From a virus, in IMG/VR virus record IMGVR_UViG_3300046779_000684, positions 1 through 44,714 of that record: 44,714 nucleotides of DNA; one strand, given 5' to 3'. Within the stretch, counting starts at the first letter, position 1, and each line of letters begins with the position of its first letter. Position numbers and translations under genes: made by a program. The notes under the pieces are model-generated. The model did not search any database. It saw only the letters and a list, made by a program, of their open reading frames with translations, and was not told the origin of the DNA. Shown piece by piece: positions 25,383-34,209 of this stretch.

Positions 25383-25806
25383 GAATATCGACGGCAATAT
25401 CTACCTCAAAGTAGATAAGGAACTTATGCAATCTTACTTCTCAGAATTGATGCTAGGAGAACCAGAGGTTAACGTAGAGATAAGTATCATTAGAGTAGAC
25501 TCTAAGCGTACTTTACCTCAGTTAGCTTACTTCTATGGTATGGTTCTACCCATTATCAAGGAACGATTCGAGGAACTAGAAGGTACTACATTCACTAAAG
25601 ATGAGACGATGAGTATCCTTAAAACTATGTACCTGTACGAAGAAGTTCTCTTTGAAGGAGAATTCAAAAAGATACCAATGTCTCTAGCTAAGGCTAAGAA
25701 GTCAGAGGTACTTAAATTTATCCAAGATGTTATAGAATTTGGGCGTAACATTCTTGACGTAACAATCCCAGAACCAACTAAAGATTATGGAAAACAAGTC
25801 GATTAA
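25342..25806 (+). CDS. NinB/Orf-like recombination protein
   Basis: KRTLPQLAYFYG...LK..YL...S...FIQDV...IPEP. Confidence 0.65.
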   Translation: MSVTRIHLPGKLSKNIDGNIYLKVDKELMQSYFSELMLGEPEVNVEISIIRVDSKRTLPQLAYFYGMVLPIIKERFEELEGTTFTKDETMSILKTMYLYEEVLFEGEFKKIPMSLAKAKKSEVLKFIQDVIEFGRNILDVTIPEPTKDYGKQVD

Positions 25807-26161
25807 AGATGAAATTGAGAAGGAAGTCGATGACTTCACTCAAGCACTGATTGAGAGGGACAAGCAAGCCCTACGTTACAACCAAGGTAAAGTACAATGG
25901 TCTTTAGTAGACTACAAGTCTATTGAGCCTATGGTACGAGTACTAGAATATGGCTGTAAAAAGTATGCTAAAGATAACTGGAAGAAAGGTATGCCTGCTT
26001 CTCAGATTATTGAAAGTATGCTTAGACATACCTTCAAGTTACTTGAGGGTGAGTTGGTAGATCCAGAGAGTGGCATTGAGCATGTAGGACACATTCAGTG
26101 TAATGCTATGTTCCTTGCCTATGTATTAAGAGAAAAGCCTGAGTATAATGACCTCGCATAA
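25787..26161 (+). CDS. dATP/dGTP diphosphohydrolase domain protein (DUF5664)
   Basis: RYNQGK..WSL, VLEYG.KKY..DNWKKG, S..RH and DPESG..H..H...NAMFL. Confidence 0.88.
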   Translation: MENKSIKDEIEKEVDDFTQALIERDKQALRYNQGKVQWSLVDYKSIEPMVRVLEYGCKKYAKDNWKKGMPASQIIESMLRHTFKLLEGELVDPESGIEHVGHIQCNAMFLAYVLREKPEYNDLA

Positions 26162-26333
26162 AGTAACAGTTGTAGGACGCAGTTTCTTCAGAAGAAAGAA
26201 CGGACAAAGGGATTATCCTTACGTTTTCTTTTATTTATTCCCACTAGTAGCTTATTCTAAGACAAGCACAAGAAGTACCCACTTGCACTTAGGTTGGCTT
26301 TATTTTACCCTTTTAATTGAAATTAGCAAATGA
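26148..26333 (+). CDS. small hypothetical protein
   Basis: 61 aa, overlaps both neighbours. Confidence 0.55.
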   Translation: MTSHKVTVVGRSFFRRKNGQRDYPYVFFYLFPLVAYSKTSTRSTHLHLGWLYFTLLIEISK

Positions 26334-27325
26334 TAACCGATCAAACATACCTAGACAGTACGGCAGTGAGTCAAAGCCGTCTAAAGAAAATTTTGATTCA
26401 CCCAACAGAATTTCTGAACTCTAGTTACGACACAGAGTTTGACGAACCTAAAGCAAACATTGTTGTAGGGGATGCAGTAGATATTCTTATTACCCAGTCA
26501 GAGGAGGTATTCCACGAGAGATTCCACATCAGTAACGTAGAGAGACCTACAGGACAGATGGGCGACTATGTGTGGGAGTTATTCGTAAACAGGAACAACC
26601 CTGATGCTTCTGAGATTGCTTACAGTGCAGCCGGGTTTAAAAGAGACACGCTCCAAAAAGTACAAGAGAGATTCAAGACAGAGGGTCAAGAGTACTACGA
26701 TGCATTGTTAGTTGGTGAAACTAAGACTGTGATTACTTCTCAACAGTTGGTACAGATTTATGCTATTAAGGACAGCCTCCTTAATCACCCGTACACAGCT
26801 AAATTCTTTCAACAGAACGAAAGGTATGACGTACACTACCAAGTACCAATTGAGTTTGAGTACAACGGAGTACCATGCAAAGGTCTATTGGATATGTTAG
26901 TAGTAGACAAAGAAATGGGTTACTTATACCCTATCGACATCAAAACTACTAACGTAAAGACAACTAACTGGCTATCTATGTTCTGGAAACTTCGTTATGA
27001 CTTCCAAGCATCCTTTTATACTACGGGTTTGTTCTTAGGCAATTACTGTCAAAAGTATGGCTGTACTGTAATTAAGCCGTTTAAGTTTATCGTAGAGAGT
27101 CAGACTAGTCCAGGAACTCCTTTAGTATTTGAGGCCGGCCATGAGATTATAGACTTCGGTAGATTTGGCGGCAAGATGGTAAGCAAAGAATATGAAGGAT
27201 TTGACCAAGCCATTAGACGTTTTATTTGGCACAATGAGAATGATCTATGGGACTATCCTATGGAAGATTATCGGAATGGAGGTCTTAGAGTAATAACTTT
27301 GCCTAAATTAGATAATGCAAAGTAA
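26330..27325 (+). CDS. PD-(D/E)XK exonuclease (RecE/ExoVIII-like)
   Basis: SQS.LK, G.AVD, CKGLLD, IDIKT and YDFQASFY. Confidence 0.85.
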   Translation: MITDQTYLDSTAVSQSRLKKILIHPTEFLNSSYDTEFDEPKANIVVGDAVDILITQSEEVFHERFHISNVERPTGQMGDYVWELFVNRNNPDASEIAYSAAGFKRDTLQKVQERFKTEGQEYYDALLVGETKTVITSQQLVQIYAIKDSLLNHPYTAKFFQQNERYDVHYQVPIEFEYNGVPCKGLLDMLVVDKEMGYLYPIDIKTTNVKTTNWLSMFWKLRYDFQASFYTTGLFLGNYCQKYGCTVIKPFKFIVESQTSPGTPLVFEAGHEIIDFGRFGGKMVSKEYEGFDQAIRRFIWHNENDLWDYPMEDYRNGGLRVITLPKLDNAK

Positions 27326-27746
27326 CGTGGACCTAAGTAAATTTAATTTGGCCAGTAAGATATTTACTGGCCTTATTTTCAATCCTGGCTCCCTACCTAT
27401 GCTTGTAGAGTCGGGTCTAGTTAATGTTTACCTAGACGACTACGGGCATAGGTGTAGGTACCAAAACTGTATTTTATTTCTATTCAATACTAGGACTAGA
27501 TTCTATCCTACGTTAGAGGAAAAAGTGGCAGGATTTCAATCCTTCTACGACTGGTATGATGTAGGAGTAGACAACCACAGGATGCTTGTATTTAAAGTTG
27601 GTAAGGTATATCAAGACGACTTTTATAAATTAAAGCATATGATTCCTACCAACTATTCGGATGAGTTCAAAAAAGTTACTAACTTGCACACGGATTTAAT
27701 TATGAGAATAGATCACTCAAAAGAAATCTATAGGTATAATTTATGA
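27315..27746 (+). CDS. hypothetical protein
   Basis: 143-aa ORF in the operon. Confidence 0.8.
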   Translation: MQSNVDLSKFNLASKIFTGLIFNPGSLPMLVESGLVNVYLDDYGHRCRYQNCILFLFNTRTRFYPTLEEKVAGFQSFYDWYDVGVDNHRMLVFKVGKVYQDDFYKLKHMIPTNYSDEFKKVTNLHTDLIMRIDHSKEIYRYNL

Positions 27747-28168
27747 ATGCATTAAAAAAGTTAGAACTTTATCTGGATTTAGCATTAAGAGTTGCTGAAG
27801 AATCTTACTGTGAGCGATTAAAGGTAGGAGCCATCATTGTTAAAGATGGAAACATTATATCCTTTGGGTATAATGGTACTCCTACTGGCATGGTTAATAA
27901 GTGTGAAGACCAAGACGTAACATTTAGTTACGTCCTTCACGCAGAATCTAACGCTATTACAAAGGCTTGTAAGTCACCAATATCAACTGAGGGAGCGACT
28001 ATGTATATTACGCACTCATGTTGTTTAGAATGTGCTAAGCTTATTATTCAAAGTGGAATCAAGACAGTGTACTTTATTAATAAGTATCGAGATGAAGCAG
28101 GTACTAAACTACTCCAGAATTGTGGAGTAAAAGCAATTCAGTATAAACCTAAAACATTAAAATTATGA
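27743..28168 (+). CDS. dCMP deaminase
   Basis: C.RLKVGAIIV, GYNG, HAESNAI and CLEC. Confidence 0.92.
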   Translation: MNALKKLELYLDLALRVAEESYCERLKVGAIIVKDGNIISFGYNGTPTGMVNKCEDQDVTFSYVLHAESNAITKACKSPISTEGATMYITHSCCLECAKLIIQSGIKTVYFINKYRDEAGTKLLQNCGVKAIQYKPKTLKL

Positions 28169-28431
28169 ACGAAATTTATTTGATAGTAATATCAATCAGC
28201 CTATTAGTAACTACGATACTTACCTATGCAAGTCTCCTTCACATAGCTAAGAGTAATGCCAACTTTGAACGGAGTCATAAGTTACAACTTGAAGCACAGA
28301 TGGCAAGTCAAAGGCATCTAGCTATGGCAGAGGAGGCACATCTTATGCAGAAACGCTTCATGGAAAGACAAATCCAAGTGAAGGAAGAGGAGCTTAAATT
28401 ATTTTCAACAATTAAAACAGAAACAACATAA
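28165..28431 (+). CDS. membrane protein with coiled coil
   Basis: N-terminal TM helix. Confidence 0.7.
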   Translation: MNEIYLIVISISLLVTTILTYASLLHIAKSNANFERSHKLQLEAQMASQRHLAMAEEAHLMQKRFMERQIQVKEEELKLFSTIKTETT

Positions 28432-28718
28432 TGAGCACATTCAAACTTAAAGGCAAGAGAGTTCTATTGAACAAGCCTCAAACTAATGATTTGGGTCTAG
28501 AGTTATCTCAAGAAACCAAAGAGCAATTAATGCAGGAAGAAATGAAGAAGTACACTGAACTTGAAATCTACGCAGTAGGTGACGAGGTTACTGACTTTGA
28601 AGAAGGTCAATTAGTGTATGTATCTCCAAGTGTACTTGCCTACGCAGAAATTTTACCTATCGATGGTGATGATCGTATCATGATCAGAGATATGGACATC
28701 TCACTTATTTGGAAGTAA
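28431..28718 (+). CDS. GroES-like co-chaperonin
   Basis: G.RVLL...GLEL...AVG.EV...G..V...IR..DI pattern. Confidence 0.75.
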   Translation: MSTFKLKGKRVLLNKPQTNDLGLELSQETKEQLMQEEMKKYTELEIYAVGDEVTDFEEGQLVYVSPSVLAYAEILPIDGDDRIMIRDMDISLIWK

Positions 28719-28728
28719 TACTAAAGAT

Positions 28729-29073
28729 ATGCAAGTTGTATTATACCTAGTCGGATTCATAGTGTTGCTGTTCATTATTGTAGCAGCACTTAGGTCAAGT
28801 ACTCCAGAGATTAGTCCTACGGAGGAAGCAGCAAATGACATCATGGATGAAATTCTTCAAGCAGAGGCTCCTCAACCCCCACCAGCAGATTTATTCGTTA
28901 GAGAAGAGGATCTAGAGCCTAAGGTTAAAATCATTAACCCTACGCCTGCTCCTGCAGTAACTGAAGAAGTTAAAGCAGTTGAGGTGGTTGAACCTGTTAA
29001 AGAACCTGTTAAAGAGCCTGTAAAGAAAAAGCGTAAGCATTACCCAAGTAAACCCAAGAACAAAAAATCATGA
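28729..29073 (+). CDS. membrane-anchored Pro/Glu-rich protein
   Basis: N-terminal TM helix, three EPVK repeats (12-bp tandem unit at 28990-29025), basic tail. Confidence 0.7.
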   Translation: MQVVLYLVGFIVLLFIIVAALRSSTPEISPTEEAANDIMDEILQAEAPQPPPADLFVREEDLEPKVKIINPTPAPAVTEEVKAVEVVEPVKEPVKEPVKKKRKHYPSKPKNKKS

Positions 29074-29402
29074 GACTATTTTATTATACCGAAAAGAAAA
29101 AAGTAGAGGACGGAGAAGAGATGGAATTCGTCCCAGAAACTGGATACTCATTTGATGTGGATTCAGTAGTTATGACCTATCCTGTAAAGGAAGGTTTAGC
29201 AGTAATCTTAAATCGTAACGTGGATAAGTTGAATCCCGTAGAGTACGAGTACAAGATTGATCCCCAAACTAAGCAAAAGGTTCCGGTAAAAATCAAGAAG
29301 TTTGAAGTTACCAGTGAACCAATCACCATTGAGTTGAAAGAAGTAGCTGAGATTAAGGCCTTCTTTGAAATGACCGGTGGTCCTACAGTAGTAAAAAAGT
29401 AA
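29070..29402 (+). CDS. hypothetical protein
   Basis: 110 aa, last + strand gene. Confidence 0.75.
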   Translation: MRLFYYTEKKKVEDGEEMEFVPETGYSFDVDSVVMTYPVKEGLAVILNRNVDKLNPVEYEYKIDPQTKQKVPVKIKKFEVTSEPITIELKEVAEIKAFFEMTGGPTVVKK

Positions 29403-29405
29403 AAT

Positions 29406-29437
29406 GAAAAAGGGGAGTTCGCTCCCCTTTACATTTT
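29406..29437. terminator. bidirectional terminator at the convergence point
   Basis: AAAGGGGAG-TTCG-CTCCCCTTT between convergent gene blocks. Confidence 0.8.
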
Positions 29438-29662
29438 TAATACCCTAGGTTCTTCTAGTTCGTCTGTAAAGACAACCTTAAGTCCCTCAATTGAAGTGAT
29501 GAATATCCCTTCAGGAATATCGGAGAAGTCAGGTACCTTGAACATCTCCTTGAGAAAATCTTTATACTGTTCTTTAGTAAGCAGTACACAATTAGGATAC
29601 TCTCTATTTTTTGACTCAAGATAAAATTCATTTATCTTAAATCTAAGTGCTTGTAAATCCAT
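29429..29662 (-). CDS. hypothetical protein
   Basis: 77 aa, last gene of the - strand block. Confidence 0.7.
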   Translation of the reverse strand: MDLQALRFKINEFYLESKNREYPNCVLLTKEQYKDFLKEMFKVPDFSDIPEGIFITSIEGLKVVFTDELEEPRVLKM

Positions 29663-29665
29663 AGT

Positions 29666-30244
29666 TTACTTTATTAAATAAAGCTTAAAGTCAGTTGAAC
29701 TTGGAGCTTCATTTACAAAGTAATAGATTTCTTTTTTATTATCAAAGCTAATTGTTTTTCTAAAGGCTGTAGGGATAGTAGCACCTGTTGGTAGTTTAAC
29801 TGCATTCTTAGCATAGATTACATCTATCTGCACTTTCACCACCTTTGTTAATGCCAGTTGACGCTCATAAGCTTCAAGCAATCTCCAAGCACCTCTATTT
29901 AATTTCTCGTGCTGGAGAATACAATTCAAATACGAAAACGTCTGCCATAGAGTTTCTCTTGTGCAGTTAAAGTCAGCAGCCGGGGCACAGTGTCCTTTGT
30001 CCCACACGTTGGCTTCATAATCCTTTCCATTAGAAGTAATCACACTATCGTTAGTGTAGAAGTCCATTCCCTTACGAGGGTACGCTCCTGTAGGGCATTG
30101 TACTGTGTACCACACACGCTTAGGCTGTTGGAGAACCTCTGAGTATACGCAAGAGTATATCGGGGTTTTAATGAACACACTATCTCTCTGGGCGTAAAGG
30201 CTCACAGAAGCTAGGAATACTAGTAAGAATATAAGTTTTTTCAT
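29666..30244 (-). CDS. secreted DNA/RNA non-specific endonuclease (NucA/EndA-like)
   Basis: Signal peptide ..SLYA/Q; WDKGHCAP (DRGH-type), TF.Y.N..LQ...LNRG.W..LE and IP.AF.K. Confidence 0.9.
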   Translation of the reverse strand: MKKLIFLLVFLASVSLYAQRDSVFIKTPIYSCVYSEVLQQPKRVWYTVQCPTGAYPRKGMDFYTNDSVITSNGKDYEANVWDKGHCAPAADFNCTRETLWQTFSYLNCILQHEKLNRGAWRLLEAYERQLALTKVVKVQIDVIYAKNAVKLPTGATIPTAFRKTISFDNKKEIYYFVNEAPSSTDFKLYLIK

Positions 30245-30247
30245 AGG

Positions 30248-30598
30248 TTAAATAATAAAGCCAAGAATGGCTAGGATAGACATACCTATAAAACCGTAAC
30301 GGTAGAACTTCATTTCTGCGTTCTTACGGTCAATGGTTCTGTTAAGGTCATAGACTTCTTTTTTAGACACCTCTACCATCTGTTGATAACTAGGAACAAT
30401 TGAGTCCTTGTAGAGACCCAGTTGCTGGCTATCCAGGTGAATGATGTTCTTAAGTACAACTACACGTTCCCGTGCTTTGATGCCCTTAAGAAACTCGTTA
30501 TTCAATTCCTTTAGCGGTAAGCTGTCTACTGATTGTGAGTAGATACTTGGTGCCTTCAATGTCAGGCATAGTATCAAGAGCAATCTGAATAGTGTCAT
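30248..30598 (-). CDS. spanin-like protein 2 (signal peptide, coiled coil, C-terminal TM)
   Basis: Overlaps the upstream gene by 101 bp; MTLFRLLLILCL...IYS/Q; C-terminal GFIGMSILAILGFII. Confidence 0.5.
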   Translation of the reverse strand: MTLFRLLLILCLTLKAPSIYSQSVDSLPLKELNNEFLKGIKARERVVVLKNIIHLDSQQLGLYKDSIVPSYQQMVEVSKKEVYDLNRTIDRKNAEMKFYRYGFIGMSILAILGFII

Positions 30599-30818
30599 AC
30601 TTGAGATTGATTTTTTCATAATAACTAAATTGTTCATGTTTAAGTGTAGATAATGAGTCCACCCTGCTTAGGAAGGTCTCGTTACGTTTTTCCATTGAGT
30701 CCATGTAAGCCATGAACTTTTCTTCGTTTCCGCTACTTAGGGATTGTCTCTCCCATAACAAAAAGGCTACTGCGATTAACAGTAGCCCTATTGTAATAAC
30801 TTCAAATCTATTTCTCAT
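30498..30818 (-). CDS. i-spanin (Rz)-like protein
   Basis: N-terminal TM helix plus helical domain, directly after the holin. Confidence 0.5.
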   Translation of the reverse strand: MRNRFEVITIGLLLIAVAFLLWERQSLSSGNEEKFMAYMDSMEKRNETFLSRVDSLSTLKHEQFSYYEKINLKYDTIQIALDTMPDIEGTKYLLTISRQLTAKGIE

Positions 30819-31221
30819 TTACTTTATGTTGGTCGATTTTTTCCAAGATTATTTGGAGTAGTTCATTCTTTATTAAGCCAGCTCTAGCAGCATTCTTTAG
30901 AGCACTTATTAACTGAAATAAGATAAAGGGAGCACAGATGGTTTCACTTAACCAGAATGTGCCCTGGAATCCTCTCTCAATCATAAGTATACCTGTAAGC
31001 ATAAATACCCAAACCATTAAGGTTTTGACCACGCTTACTGCTTTAAAGGTTTTGAACCCCTCTAATTTTGTACCTGCCCACACACCGAAAAATCCATCGA
31101 TGAATACTACCGCCACAATGGCCAAATATTGTTCGGCATTGTCGGCAGTCAACTTCAAAAAGTAACTGCCAACGAATGCACAAACTGTAGTTATAGATAT
31201 GGCTAACAAAGAAAGCTTCAT
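30808..31221 (-). CDS. holin (phage holin 4 family-like)
   Basis: Several TM helices; D.F.GV.A...K...S..KN...G pattern. Confidence 0.75.
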   Translation of the reverse strand: MKLSLLAISITTVCAFVGSYFLKLTADNAEQYLAIVAVVFIDGFFGVWAGTKLEGFKTFKAVSVVKTLMVWVFMLTGILMIERGFQGTFWLSETICAPFILFQLISALKNAARAGLIKNELLQIILEKIDQHKVNEK

Positions 31222-34130
31222 TATGCTTGAGCTTCAGTCCAAGATAAGCGTCCGAATACGTTAGATGTACCTGTAGTCAAAGCCTGTACCACAACCGTAA
31301 GAACGTCTGGACCATCAGGATAGAACTGACTATTTACGGTGGTTGTTCCTCCACCCAAGATTGAGTTACCTAAGTCACGAGTCTTACTCAAATCGTAAGT
31401 AGATGTACCGAATGTAGCACCACCAGAGTTTACATAGAAACCACCGACAGTTTCACCACCTGCTACGGTACGAGCCGCTCCGTGAAAACATACTTGAGCA
31501 AGAGAAGAACCTCCCACGTTAAGCCAAGTATCAGCAGCACTTACTGTTCCGTTAAGCACCAGAGTTACAAGGTAGTTACCTTGAGCGTAGATACCGATTG
31601 AATTTAATGACAACTGCATTCGGTTAATAATCTCACGAACACCAAAGGCACCAGTCAAACCAGAACTTACCGAAGGAGCAAGACGAATTGACATCAAAGC
31701 ATAGCGTAAACCTGCGGTAGGAACTGACAATGTTGTAGTTGTACCAGAGGTAAACAAGAACTGCTTATCTTCATCGAAACGACCATCCATGATTACTGAA
31801 GAACCCCAGTGTGAAATGATTGGAGCAGCAGTAGGACCACCGAACTCAACTGAGATAGGAGCGTTAGCGTTGAAGGTAAATGTCTGACCTGTAGTTGCAG
31901 CCATAGGTGAGAAAATAACACCTGTTGGGTTGGCTGTGATTGCAGCGTTGCTGAATGTAATAGAAGTACCAGAGATGAAAGCCACATAAGTACCGTCAGG
32001 GAATGCAGTAGAAACAACACGCTGTCCTACTTGCAAGTTAGTAGCAGATACAACGGTACCTACAACAGCACCAGCGGCAATTGTTACAGCAATACCAGCG
32101 GTTTCACCTGCTTTAGCACGAGTCAAACCAGTCAAAGTTGTTGCAGTTTTTCCTGTATAGTTAACATACTCAACCGTTGCACCGTTGCTAATCCTAGCGA
32201 TACCAGCAGTTGGGAAATATGTAGCATCCAAAACAGTAATTGCAGTATCTCCAGGGTTGATTGTAGCGTTTATACGAGTAGCAGCAGGAATAGTACTTGT
32301 TTCATAACGAGCGGGCAAGTTACCTGTTCTCATATATGCCTCAAGGTTCACGTTATTGTTCGCTAACTTGTGGCAGTAAGTCACCTGACCGTTAGCACCA
32401 CGGAATCCCCAACGAATTGCACCTGCACCGTACCAAGAATAGTCGATGTAAAACATCTGCATCTTAGACAAATCTAAGTTAAAGCTAGATGGGTTAACTA
32501 CTCCGCCTGCTCCGTTCATTCTATCAATGTTCCAAGCAGACTGAGGAATTTTAGTATCAACTGTTTTGGTTACAAAAGCGTAAGAAGGAGCAGTAATAGA
32601 TGGGCCTCTGTAAGAAGGATTAATTACAAATTGAGTATCGCTGATGATTCGCTCTACTTTGTAAGATTGTCCTTTGATTACAACCATATCTCCAGGTAAT
32701 AACTGAGTTGAGAATTCTGAACCAACTCCTGTTACTACGTTTGTTCCGTTGTTAATTGTCATAGAACCAGAGATTTGATAAGTAGATGCTCTACGAACAG
32801 CGTACAAAGTAGTTCCATCGAATTCAAAGAACAAACCATTCTGATCGTCAAACATGCCCAAACGTACGTGTGAGCCTACCCAGCTGTTTACATAAACTTG
32901 GTATTGACCTGAGGCCGAAGCAGCAGATGGTGTAGAAAGAGCAGTATATGTAAATCTTGTAGGACTGATAACACCAGTTACGTTGAATGTACCGTTATAC
33001 GCAGTTTCTACGCAACCTTGAACTACAATCTGAGCCCCATACTGAAGGTTGTGTGCCTCCTTAGTGTTTACAGTAACTAAAGTTCCAACAGAGGTAATCA
33101 AGTCGGGGTTGAAAGATGGCTTCAAGATAGAACCTGTAGACATCTGAATACCTTTACCAGACTGGTAACGGAAGTATTTACGAGTTTGACGAATCAATTG
33201 CTCGTTAGAAGACTGAGCGTTAGATGAGAATTTAACACCACCATCAAATGCTCTGTGCAATGCAGCACCTTGAGGACGATTGTAAACCAAACCACCAGTA
33301 GGGTTAGCAGCAACAGCAGTTGTTGTATAGTAGATGAATTGGGTATCAGAAACAATTCGAGCAACAGTCCAAGCACCGTTTGCGTTTGCTTGAGAAGAAC
33401 CGATTACTACAATTTCATTACCAATTGACAATCCGTGAGGAACTGTAGTGGTTACAGGAACAGCCAAACCAGCAGTCCATGCATAAGTAGGAGCACCTCC
33501 AATTGAAGCACCTGTAAAGATTTGACCTTGATAAACGGTTGTTACGTTTGCGTTCAAGATAGAACCTGTGCTTGGAGCAGCGTATTGTGCGGTATAGGTA
33601 AAGGTAGTACCTGTGCTGTTTGCGGTGAACAAACCATTAGCACCTTCCCAAGTTGCGTCTTGTACAAATACAGGAGTACCAGCAGAAATTGATACTGCTG
33701 TAGTTACACTTACAATACGTGAGTTGGCAGTACTAGAGATTGCGGTAACAACCAAAGGGGTTTGTACGTTATAGGTTGCATATGGTCTGCGGTTAGTCAA
33801 GTTGATGGTTTCCCACTTTGTAGGCTGAGTGCCATATTCAAAGTCGGTATCAATCATTGACTGAGGCTGAGAAACACGGAAACGATCTACTGGATCAGTA
33901 AGGTTTTCTGAGGCCCGAATTGGAAGACCAAACTGCAAGTCACCGCCAATGGTGGGACGCATGGTAGCAGTACCTAGTGTAGTAGTTGTGTTAACAGTAG
34001 CTGGAGCAGACTCCAACGATACTCTTAATCTGTTTTGTCCGTTGGTCTGGTACGCTGTAGCAGATTCCAACGTGTGGGCTAGTTGCCTAAGCTTCTTCGC
34101 CTGTTCGTTTAGTAATTGTGAATTATCCAT
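31221..34130 (-). CDS. tail fibre / virion structural protein with beta-rich repeats
   Basis: 969 aa, Thr/Gly/Ala/Ser-rich; three T..(H)....G..(I/V).V......NG.(F/W)......T.F.Y repeats; SQPQSMIDTDFEYG and WYGAG..R.G motifs. Confidence 0.75.
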   Translation of the reverse strand: MDNSQLLNEQAKKLRQLAHTLESATAYQTNGQNRLRVSLESAPATVNTTTTLGTATMRPTIGGDLQFGLPIRASENLTDPVDRFRVSQPQSMIDTDFEYGTQPTKWETINLTNRRPYATYNVQTPLVVTAISSTANSRIVSVTTAVSISAGTPVFVQDATWEGANGLFTANSTGTTFTYTAQYAAPSTGSILNANVTTVYQGQIFTGASIGGAPTYAWTAGLAVPVTTTVPHGLSIGNEIVVIGSSQANANGAWTVARIVSDTQFIYYTTTAVAANPTGGLVYNRPQGAALHRAFDGGVKFSSNAQSSNEQLIRQTRKYFRYQSGKGIQMSTGSILKPSFNPDLITSVGTLVTVNTKEAHNLQYGAQIVVQGCVETAYNGTFNVTGVISPTRFTYTALSTPSAASASGQYQVYVNSWVGSHVRLGMFDDQNGLFFEFDGTTLYAVRRASTYQISGSMTINNGTNVVTGVGSEFSTQLLPGDMVVIKGQSYKVERIISDTQFVINPSYRGPSITAPSYAFVTKTVDTKIPQSAWNIDRMNGAGGVVNPSSFNLDLSKMQMFYIDYSWYGAGAIRWGFRGANGQVTYCHKLANNNVNLEAYMRTGNLPARYETSTIPAATRINATINPGDTAITVLDATYFPTAGIARISNGATVEYVNYTGKTATTLTGLTRAKAGETAGIAVTIAAGAVVGTVVSATNLQVGQRVVSTAFPDGTYVAFISGTSITFSNAAITANPTGVIFSPMAATTGQTFTFNANAPISVEFGGPTAAPIISHWGSSVIMDGRFDEDKQFLFTSGTTTTLSVPTAGLRYALMSIRLAPSVSSGLTGAFGVREIINRMQLSLNSIGIYAQGNYLVTLVLNGTVSAADTWLNVGGSSLAQVCFHGAARTVAGGETVGGFYVNSGGATFGTSTYDLSKTRDLGNSILGGGTTTVNSQFYPDGPDVLTVVVQALTTGTSNVFGRLSWTEAQA

Positions 34131-34131
34131 A

Positions 34132-34176
34132 GTGTTATCTTTACAGCCCGAAGGCTCGGCTTATGCCCGATAACAC
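34132..34176 (-). ncRNA. three-way-junction structure upstream of the tail gene start
   Basis: GTGTTATC/GATAACAC encloses GGC-ATAA-GCC and AGCC-TTCG-GGCT. Confidence 0.5.
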
Positions 34177-34205
34177 AAAGTTAAGTTTATTTACAAATAA
34201 GTCAA
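34176..34205 (-). promoter_or_regulatory. Bacteroidota sigma-A type promoter
   Basis: On the - strand TTG-N19-TAACTTTG. Confidence 0.65.
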
Positions 34206-34209
34206 GAGG

